A DNA stretch of 30,306 nt from Macrostomum lignano. Taxonomy: Eukaryota. The notes under the pieces were generated by a model. It was not told the origin of the DNA, searched no databases, and was given only the letters and a program-made list of their open reading frames with translations. Position numbers and translations under genes: made by a program. Shown in pieces: positions 11,586-19,434 of the stretch. Numbering within the stretch: position 1 is the first letter of the stretch; every line of letters begins with the position of its first letter. Location of the stretch: positions 1 to 30,306 of the forward strand of contig NIVC01003850.1 of NCBI GenBank assembly GCA_002269645.1. Direction: 5' to 3'.

Positions 11586-14500
11586 ATCGGCCTTTTCTGT
11601 TTTAGTACATTTTTTTTAAATGACTGTATTTTTGTTTTGGCCTGTCCATCCTAGTTTCTTTTCTGTCTGACTTTCATTTAACTTGTCTTAGTAGGCTTGT
11701 ACATGCTTGTTCCGGAAAAATGATTTATGATTTCGTTTTCCGCTCGCTATCTTCTGTTTATAGAATTTATGTTTTTTTGTAATTTTTGCAGGTTCGCTCT
11801 TAGCAGAAATGAAATCCCATGTTTAATTTATACTTGTTAAACTTATTAAATTTATTCGCATATATTTCCACAATTCTAGCTCCGAGATGAGCTAGTTGCT
11901 GGGCAAGTCAAGCTCGATGCAAAGGAAACTGAGCTGAATGAACTGCGGCAGCAAATTGCAAACAAAGAAGCCGAAAATGCTGAGAAAATTCATTCGGTGA
12001 GTGCTCTGTAGTCCCACCCCTGTACCACACAGCTAGTCCCACCCCTGTACCACACAGCTAGTCCCACCCCTGTACCACACAGCTAGTCCCACCCCTGTAC
12101 CACACAGCTAGTCCCACCCCTGTACCACACAGCTAGTCCCACCCCTGTACCACACAGCTAGTCCCACCCCTGTATCACACAGCTAGTCCCACCCCTGTAC
12201 CACACAGCTAGTCCCACCCCTGTACCACACAGCTAGTCCCACCCCTGTATCACACAGCTAGTCCCAGCCCTGTACCACACAGCTAGTCCCAGCCCTGTAC
12301 CACACAGCTAGTCCCACCCCTGTACCACACAGCTAGTCCCACCCCTGTACCACACAGCTAGTCCCATCCCTGTACAAACAGCTAGTCCCACCCCTGTACC
12401 ACACAGCTAGTCCCACCCCTGTACCACACAGCTAGTCCCACCCCTGTACCACACAGCTAGTCCCATCCCTGTACCACAGCTAGTCTCACCTCTGTACAAA
12501 CAGCTAGTCCCACCCCTGTACAAACAGCTAGTCCCAACCCTGTACAAACAGCTAGTCCCACCCCTGTATCACACAGCTAGTCCCACCCCTGTACCACACA
12601 GCTAGTCCCACCCCTGTACCACACAGCTAGTCCCATCCCTGTACAAACAGCTAGTCCCACCTCTGTACCACACAGCTAGTCCCATCCCTGTACAAACAGC
12701 TAGTCCCATCCCTGTACAAACAGCTAGTCCCACCTCTGTACCACACAGCTAGTCCCATCCCTGTACAAACAGCTAGTCCCACCTCTGTACCACACAGCTA
12801 GTCTCACCTCTGTACAAACAGCTAGTCCCACCCCTGTACAAACAGCTAGTCCCAACCCTGTACAAACAGCTAGTCCCACCCCTGTACAAACAGCTAGTCC
12901 CATCCCTGTACAAACAGCTAGTCCCACCCCTGTACAAACGGCTAGTCCCAACCCTGTACAAACAGCTAGTCCCACCCTTGTACAAACAGCTAGTCCCATC
13001 CCTGTACAAACAGCCAGTAAGCATTTTTTTGTACTGTTTCTCCTAAGCTCTATAATAGTCCATGCTTTGATCTCAACAGCTGGAGCAACAACTGGAGCTT
13101 GAATCAGTTGCATCTATTGAAAAAGATCAGTTACTGATTGATTTAAAGCAGCGCCTCTCCGTGAACAATACGGACTCTGAAGAAAGGATAACGTTGGTAA
13201 ATAAAAAAATCACAACTAAATTTGTAGACTAGTTCGCATTTTGTCTACTGTAAGTAAAAACATACGAAAACTAAATTATTTTATTACAGCTCCAAGAGCA
13301 ACTATCAGCGGATACAGATACTATTCAAGCCAAACAAAATCAGATTAATGAGCTGAAAGAGCAGTTAGCTCAACGTTCGAAAGAAACTAGCCAGCTCATC
13401 CAGGCTGTGAGTCTTATTATGTACATTTCATAGCCTTGATTTGTGCCCTGAGGGTTGGCCATCAAGCTGGGCGTTAATTGCACGAGCAGAGCCAAGCCGA
13501 GATTCCGATTTTAAGCCCCAAAAATTAATGTGACTGCACTTGAAATCGAGCCTAAGCTGCTGGCACCGGGGTTTGTAGCCTAGTGATTAGAGCGTCGGAC
13601 TGACGACCTGAAGGTCGGGGGTTCGATTCCACTTGGAACAATTTGTGTCCTTGAGCAGCTTAACTCTGCATTGCTTCAGTTCACCCAGCTGTAAAATGGG
13701 TTGCCAGCATTCGCTGGAGGTAATTGAGGGTGTGTGTGGCGACCCCCCCCCCCTCAATCTTAGACGCAATAATTAAGACTCAACAACTCCAACTCACTCT
13801 TCATAGTCGGAGAACCGTGCAACCGCTGCCGAGGCAGAAGCTGAGGTTGCGAGACGCAACGTAGCGGACTTGCAGGGCCGTTTAGAAGTGCTCAAACGCG
13901 ACCTGGAGGATGAGAAGGACGCGTATAGGCGCAAATTAGAAGAGCGCCGGCTTGAAAGTCGGCGAAATCTTGAAGCGGCCGAGAATAACAGGCTGGCCGA
14001 ACGAGCCAAGGCCCAACGGGAGTTGGAGGCCGAGATGGCTAAGGTGGCCAGCCTTCATTTGGATAACGCTAAGCTCCAGGATAAAATCGAGCAGCTCCAG
14101 TTGCCGCCGCCGCCGCCGCCGCCGCGTTTGTCGTCAAGAGCTTCGACTTGCTCGACGACATCCGCCACTGTGAAAGCGGGTACTAAACGGCAGCGGGTTA
14201 GGGTGAGTTCCCTTTGGTTTTTTTTAATTTAAAAATTCAAAAATTTGAACTTTAGGGAGTTTTAGTTCTTTGTTTCTTCGAAAAGAGATTTATTAATCTG
14301 CGTTCCTTAGAAATGAGATTTATAGATCTGCGTTTCTTGGAAATGCGATTTATTGATCTGCATTTTTTAGAAATGAGATTTATTGATCTGCGTTTCTATC
14401 TGCGTTTCTTAGAAATGAGATTTATAGATTTGCGTTTCTTAGAAATGCGATTTATTGATCTGCATTTCTTAGAAATGAGATTTATAGATCTGCGTTTCTT

Positions 14501-16946
14501 AGAAATGAGATTTATAGATCTGCGTTTCCTAGAAATAAGATTTATTGATCTGCGTTTCTTAGAAATGAGATTTATTGATCTGCGTTTCTTAGAAATGAGA
14601 TTTATTGATCTGCGTTTCTTAGAAAAGAGATTTATTCATCTGCGTTTCTTAGAAATGAGATTTATCGATCTGCGTTTCTTAGAAATGCGATTTATTGATC
14701 TGCGTTTCTTAGAAATAAGTTTTTTATCTGCATTTCTTAGAAATTATATTTATTAATCTGCGTTTCTTAGAAATGCGATTTATCGATCTGCGTTTCTTAG
14801 AAATTAGATTATTAATCTGCGTTTCTTAGAAATGATATTTATTGATCTGCGTTTCTTAGAAATGAGATTCATTAATCTGCGTTCCTTAAAAATTAGATTT
14901 ATTAATCAGCGTTTCTTAGAAATGAGATTTATTGATCTGCGTTTCTTAGAAATGCGATTTATTGATCTGCATTTCGATTTATTGATCTGCGTTTCTTAGA
15001 AATGCGATTTATTGATCAGCGTTTCTTAGATATGAGTTATTAATCTCTGTTTTTGAAATGGAATTAATTGATTTTCATTCTTAGAAAATGAACTTAACGG
15101 ATCCGTGTTTCTTGGAAATTAGAATTTAATGACGTTTTTAGGAATGAACTTGTGGATCTGTATTCATTGGATTCATTCTGTATTCATTGGATGTGCTATT
15201 TATTTATCAGTATTTTCTTCAGTATTAAATATTTGTTAAGACCATGCTTGTGTTTCTTGTAAACAAATTGTATTTAATAAATACATTTGTGTCTAGAAAG
15301 ACAACAGCTTTAATATATTTATGACGGACAATCTGAAACTCTTTTTTTCAGCCTTCTCGATTAACAAGAGATATGATTTTCTCCTCTGAGGAGGACGACA
15401 GCACTGGGGAAATGGACTCGGTGTCGGAGATGTCAACCCCACAGATGTCGACCACGCCGACAACTGGGGATACGGCTGGTAGCTCCGCGCGGCTTTTGCG
15501 CAGCCAAACTGCCGCCAGGACTGCGTATGATGGGTTTGTGGTCTATTGGGTTGCTTTTAGTGTGTCTTTTAGATTCTTTACGTTGGGTTCAGATTCCTCA
15601 GTTTGGGGATTCAGATTCTTCAGGTAGGGTTCAGATTTCTCAGGTTGGGTTCAGATTTCTCAGGTGGGGTTCAGATTCCTCAGGTAGGGTTCAGCTTCCT
15701 CCGGTTGGGGTTCAGATTTCTCAGGTTGGGTTCAGATTCCTCAGATAGGGTTCAGATTCCTCAGATAGGGTTCAGATTTCTCAGTTTGGGGGTTCAGATT
15801 CCTCAGGTAGGGTTCAGATTCCTCAGATAGAGTTCAGATTCCTCAGGTAGAGTTCAGATTCCTCAGGTAGAGTTCAGATTCCTCAGGTAGAGTTCAGATT
15901 CCTCAGGTAGAGTTCAGATTCCTCAGGTAGAGTTTAGATTCCTCAGGTAGAGTTCAGATTCCTCAGGTAGGGTTCAGATTCCTCAGGTAGAGTTCAGATT
16001 CCTCAGGTAGGGTTCAGATTCCTCAGGTAGAGTTCAGATTCCTCAGGTAGGGTTCAGATTCCTCAGGTAGAGTTCAGATTCCTCAGGTAGAGTTCAGATT
16101 CCTCAGGTAGAGTTCAGATTCCTCAGGTAGAGTTCAGATTCCTCAGGTAGAGTTCAGATTCCTCAGGTAGAGTTCAGATTCCTCAGGTAGAGTTCAGATT
16201 CCTCAGGTAGAGTTCAGATTCCTCAGGTAGAGTTCAGATTTCTCAGGTAGAGTTCAGATTCCTCAGGTAGAGTTCAGATTCCTCAGGTAGAGTTTAGATT
16301 CCTCAGGTAGAGTTCAGATTCCTCAGGTAGGGTTCAGATTCCTCAGGTAGAGTTCAGATTCCTCAGGTAGGGTTCAGATTCCTCAGGTAGAGTTCAGATT
16401 CCTCAGGTAGGGTTCAGATTCCTCAGGTAGAGTTCAGATTCCTCAGGTAGGGTTCAGATTCCTCAGGTAGGGTTCAGATTCCTCAGGTAGGGTTCAGATT
16501 CCTCAGGTAGAGTTCAGATTCCTCAGGTAGAGTTCAGATTCCTCAGGTAGAGTTCAGATTCCTCAGGTAGGGTTCAGTTTCCTCAGGTAGGTTATCTATC
16601 TAACACCTCTCGCAGATCCTCTGTGCCCAGTTCTGCACTAACATCCCCGACGGAGCTGACGTCGGCGCCCCAGGCGTCGCAACAGCGGCAGTCGGAGGCC
16701 GCAGCTGCGCCTCAGGTCCCGGCCACAGTTCCTAAGAGGCCAGTCGCTCGGCTTCTTTACGACGAGAGTGCCTACAGGGACTCGTCGCTAATAGAACCTG
16801 TCGAGGGCGTGACGCCGCCGCCTCAGGTGCTGGTGTCCAGCACTTCCAGGCGGGGCACCGCCCGGCTGCCTTCTGGTGCTGCCGCTCTTCTCGCGAGCAG
16901 CAGGGGCGGACGCGGCGGCAGAGGCGGCAGGAAGAAAAAGAATTAA
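693..16946 (+). CDS. KIF20: Gene 1, spliced CDS, 5'-partial: kinesin-6 (KIF20A/B-like) coiled-coil stalk and tail, 1180 aa from 693 to the stop. Exons: 693-866, 1724-2317, 2685-2897, 3163-3279, 4329-4412, 4706-4792, 4860-4994, 5640-5726, 5794-5928, 6143-6229, 6297-6431, 7133-7219, 7286-7420, 10359-10445, 10513-10647, 11880-11996, 13080-13196, 13290-13406, 13807-14202, 15352-15524, 16616-16946
   Basis: All exons are AG/GT-flanked and join in frame without stops (3543 nt). EMLKLIGDLRQTVQQQEEEMEEREMRIRRELIAERDRLMSEVEERFEQQLQEQKELQEERHDTRL aligns ungapped with the KIF20A post-motor segment as I recall it (ELLQVVEAMK...LEMHLRDEICNEMVEQMQQREQWCSEHLDTQKELLEEMYEEKL). No motor domain lies in the window, so the family call comes from memory and needs BLAST. 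Confidence 0.65.
915..1629. repeat. Intronic minisatellite, 23-bp ATCTGCCATTTTGTAGTTTCAGA with a 20-bp variant in the 3' part
   Basis: Direct inspection. Confidence 0.95.
1724..2317 (+). CDS. Gene 1 exon, coiled coil (198 codons)
   Basis: cccttgcag|GAG ... GAG CAG|gtgagg; E/K/L/Q/R-rich heptads. Confidence 0.85.
2400..2625. repeat. Purine-rich low-complexity tract (GGAGAAGGGAGATA-like)
   Basis: Direct inspection; intronic. Confidence 0.8.
2685..2897 (+). CDS. Gene 1 exon (71 codons, AETISQLRSRIEALG...DLEERVEC)
   Basis: gcacccag|GCG ... GAA TGC|gtgagt; open frame missed by the ORF track. Confidence 0.8.
3163..3279 (+). CDS. Gene 1 exon, 39-codon module
   Basis: tttgccag|CTC ... CAG CAG|gtatga; LVQKLREEMADSKAKDAKLEEMNEQVLRISSQAEAQLQQ. 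Confidence 0.85.
3338..4262 (+). repeat. Intronic minisatellite, ~27-31-bp CCAGCCTCCCAGATCCTCAGTTGCTGGG(CCA)
   Basis: Direct inspection; reverse complement at 24052-24527. Confidence 0.95.
4329..4412 (+). CDS. Gene 1 exon (28 codons)
   Basis: tgcttcag|CTC ... GAT TTA|gtgagc; LNQQLLELKDQLESSQSGVDASSKSSDL. Confidence 0.8.
4497..4590. repeat. Short array of ~37-bp AAACCCGAAAAATTGCTGAAAT..GGATTTTC units
   Basis: Same family as 9780-10240. Confidence 0.7.
4706..4994 (+). CDS. Gene 1 duplicated exon pair, copy 1 (A 4706-4792, B 4860-4994)
   Basis: A = LNQQLAQLQSQLAEKSRDSDKLSIELNET, B = VEKLRQSEAKLESISAESSAKDEQLLELQRRLDEAESEAENQLKQ; 67-bp GT-AG intron. Confidence 0.85.
5640..5928 (+). CDS. Gene 1 duplicated exon pair, copy 2 (A 5640-5726, B 5794-5928)
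   Basis: Same peptide as copy 1; splice sites intact. Confidence 0.75.
6143..6431 (+). CDS. Gene 1 duplicated exon pair, copy 3 (A 6143-6229, B 6297-6431)
   Basis: Q>R change (CAG>CGG) in B; splice sites intact. Confidence 0.75.
7133..7420 (+). CDS. Gene 1 duplicated exon pair, copy 4 (A 7133-7219, B 7286-7420)
   Basis: N>D change in B; 66-bp internal intron; splice sites intact. Confidence 0.75.
9780..10240. repeat. ~37-bp minisatellite AAACCCGAAAAATTGCTGCAAATCTGAGGATTTTAAC
   Basis: Direct inspection. Confidence 0.9.
10359..10647 (+). CDS. Gene 1 duplicated exon pair, copy 5 (A 10359-10445, B 10513-10647)
   Basis: Shares the copy-3 variants; upstream flank shared with copy 1. Confidence 0.8.
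11529..11584. repeat. (TCTG)14 microsatellite
   Basis: Direct inspection. Confidence 0.95.
11880..11996 (+). CDS. Gene 1 exon, 39-codon module
   Basis: aattctag|CTC ... CAT TCG|gtgagt; LRDELVAGQVKLDAKETELNELRQQIANKEAENAEKIHS. Confidence 0.85.
12009..13016. repeat. 24-25-bp minisatellite GTCCCACCCCTGTACCACACAGCTA
   Basis: Direct inspection. Confidence 0.95.
13080..13196 (+). CDS. Gene 1 exon, 39-codon module
   Basis: ctcaacag|CTG ... ACG TTG|gtaaat; LEQQLELESVASIEKDQLLIDLKQRLSVNNTDSEERITL. Confidence 0.85.
13290..13406 (+). CDS. Gene 1 exon, 39-codon module
   Basis: tattacag|CTC ... CAG GCT|gtgagt; LQEQLSADTDTIQAKQNQINELKEQLAQRSKETSQLIQA. Confidence 0.85.
13442..13566 (+). repeat. Dispersed repeat fragment, copy 1
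   Basis: AATTGCACGAGCAGAGCCAAGCCGAGATTCC core matches the reverse complement of 28791-28910. Confidence 0.8.
13568..13753 (+). mobile_element. tRNA-derived SINE with CORE-like central domain, copy 1
   Basis: A box TAGCCTAGTGATTAG, B box GGTTCGATTCC, then TGTGTCCTTGAGCAGCTTAACTCT...CAGTTCACCCAGCTGTAAAATGGG, which resembles the MIR/CORE domain; second copy at 27857. Confidence 0.8.
13807..14202 (+). CDS. Gene 1 exon, end of coiled coil plus poly-Pro (132 codons)
   Basis: cttcatag|TCG ... GTT AGG|gtgagt. Confidence 0.85.
14285..15050. repeat. 30-bp minisatellite AGAAATGAGATTTATTGATCTGCGTTTCTT
   Basis: Direct inspection. Confidence 0.95.
15352..15524 (+). CDS. Gene 1 exon, acidic Ser/Thr-rich tail
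   Basis: ttttttcag|CCT ... ACT GC|gtatga (phase 2); a second in-frame donor GG|gtttgt at 15534 is possible. Confidence 0.75.
15585..16590. repeat. 20-bp minisatellite (A/G)GTTCAGATTCCTCAGGTAG
   Basis: Direct inspection. Confidence 0.95.
16616..16946 (+). CDS. Gene 1 last coding exon, ending RGGRGGRGGRKKKN*
   Basis: ctctcgcag|A TCC TCT GTG ... AAT TAA; phase 2 matches the upstream donor. Confidence 0.8.
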
Positions 16947-16984
16947 CGAAATACATGTAATATCGGACTAAATGAAAATTTGAT

Positions 16985-18260
16985 TTGATAACTGGGTTTT
17001 GATAACTGAATAAGGGATTTGATGACTGTGTCAGGGGTTTGATAACTGGGTCAATGATTTGATAACTGGGTCAGGGATTTTGATAACTGGGTCAGTGATT
17101 TGGTATCTGAGTCAGTGATTTGATAACTGGGTCAATGATTTGATAACTGGGTCAGGGATTTTGATAACTGGGTCAGTGATTTGGTATCTGAGTCAGTGAT
17201 TTGATAACTGGGTCAGTGATTTGGTATCTGAGTCAGTGATTTGATAACTGGGTCAGTGATTTGGTATCTGAGTCAGTGATTTGATAACTGGGTCAGTGAT
17301 TTGGTATCTGAGTCAGTGATTTGATAACTGGGTCAGTGATTTGGTATCTGAGTCAGTGATTTGATAACTGGGTCAGTGATTTGGTATCTGAGTCAGTGAT
17401 TTGATAACTGGGTCAGTGATTTGGTATCTGAGTCAGTGATTTGATAACTGGGTCAGTGATTTGGTATCTGAGTCAGTGATTTGATAACTGGGTCAGTGAT
17501 TTGGTATCTGAGTCAGTGATTTGATAACTGGGTCAGTGATTTGGTATCTGAGTCAGTGATTTGATATCTGGGTCAGTGATTTGGTATCTGAGTCAGTGAT
17601 TTGATAACTGGGTCAGTGATTTGGTATCTGAGTCAGTGATTTGGTATCTGAGTCAGTGATTTGATAACTGGGTCAGTGATTTGGTATCTGAGTCAGTGAT
17701 TTGATATCTGGGTCAGTGATTTGGTATCTGAGTCAGTGATTTGATAACTGGGTCAGTGATTTGGTATCTGAGTCAGTGATTTGGTATCTGAGTCAGTGAT
17801 TTGATAACTGGGTCAGTGATTTGGTATCTGAGTCAGTGGTTTGATAGCTGGGTCAGTGATTTGGTATTTGAGTCAGTGATTTGATAACTGGGTCAGTGGT
17901 TTGGTATCTGAGTCAGTGATTTGATATTTGAGTCAGTGATTTGATAACTGGGTCAGTGATTTGGTATCTGAGTCAGTGATTTGATAACTGGGTCAGTGAT
18001 TTGGTATCTGAGTCAGTGATTTGATAACTGGGTCAGTGATTTGGTATCTGAGTCAGTGATTTGATAACTGGGTCAGTGATTTGGTATCTGAGTCAGTGAT
18101 TTGATAACTGGGTCAGTGATTTGGTATCTGAGTCAGTGATTTGATAACTGGGTCAGTGATTTGGTATCTGAGTCAGTGATTTGATAACTGGGTCAGTGAT
18201 TTGGTATCTGAGTCAGTGATTTGATAACTGGGTCAGTGATTTGGTATCTGAGTCAGTGAT
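16985..18260. repeat. 20-bp satellite organised as 40-bp dimers (GGGTCAGTGATTTGGTATCT / GAGTCAGTGATTTGATAACT)
   Basis: Direct inspection. Confidence 0.95.
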
Positions 18261-18764
18261 TTTGTGTAAAAAACAGTTAAATGAGCGCAGTGAATTGCAA
18301 TTATTCTATTTGTATTATATTCAACCTGTACTGTATATTGACAAGTTTATTTTTTATAATCCTTTATACGCGAATCTGTTATTGCTAGCTTTAAAAACGT
18401 ATGCCAAGATTTTGTGCCATGCTGCAAGTTTAGTTTCGTATATGACGGGGTAAAAATTTGAAATTTCTATGGTTAAAAGTCACCCTGACTGGAGACTGCC
18501 TTAGAAACAGACTAGTAGCGATAAAATTAGCTTTCCAAGTCAGTCAAGCTTGAGGCAGAACTCTATAGACAAAAACTTGATTCTATTATTATTTTAGTCT
18601 GTGGCCTAACCTTCAGCTATGTACATAGTCTGTCTTATCTAGACTGCAAGTCCATCTGTCTATGGCTAAGAATTTTGTGTGACGTGAATTTTGGTTAGGT
18701 GTGTACAAGAAATTTTACTCCAAACAAACTTAGTAGTAAATCGATTGCATTTCATTAGTTTATA

Positions 18765-19108
18765 ACGGGTGTCCCAAAAAAGGGGTGGCACTTTGTGCGC
18801 TCACTGTGAGTGAGCGGTTAGGCCTATAGCACAGTTAACAGGTCCACAGTAAACATTTGTAAGTTTTTCCCACAGGCATTTGGTTGCGAAAAATTGCTCC
18901 AGAGGCGAGTTATTGAGCACAGAAGTGTACGCTAGCTTTTCTGCCAAGCTTTGCCATACACAGCTGCCATAGACAATCTTTCGCAACCAAATGTTTGTGG
19001 GAGGAACTTACAAATGTTTACTGCGGACCTGTTAAATTACTGTGCTATAGGCCTAACTGCTCACTCACAGTGAGCGCACAGAGTGTTGCCTTTTTTTGGG
19101 ACACCCGT
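18765..19108. mobile_element. Non-autonomous foldback DNA transposon (MITE, Tc1/mariner-like termini)
   Basis: ~130-bp inverted arms (18765-18896 / 18974-19108) beginning ACGGGTGTCCCAAAAA, 77-bp spacer, TA on both flanks, no ORF. Confidence 0.85.
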
Positions 19109-19434
19109 TATTTTGTATTAAATTTATTAATTATTTTTGCTACCTTAGAAATAAGTCAATTTAGCTTTTAATTATCATTGCTTGTAGAATTAAAACAATC
19201 TTTAACATCCCATATTATAATTATAATTGCATTTTTTGTTTTAAAACGTGTTCGAAAAAGAAAATCTGTAGTTTTTTGTTTGTTATTTTCGGTTTAATTA
19301 TTTCATTTCACCATTCGATTGCCTTGCATATTGAATTTAGACTGAAAGAGATACACGTAAGAATGTGTGAGACATATGCTAGATTGTTTCAGATATACGT
19401 TATCCTAAGGTGAAATATAGTGTAAACTAGGATG

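Noticed and set aside
13568-13640. tRNA gene (also 27857-27930)
   Set aside because: A/B boxes are present, but the acceptor and anticodon stems do not pair properly and the sequence continues into a shared SINE body
12724-15830. ORFs such as LAVCTGVG, MRFIDLRFLE and VQIPQVGFRFLR repeats
   Set aside because: Minisatellite translations inside introns
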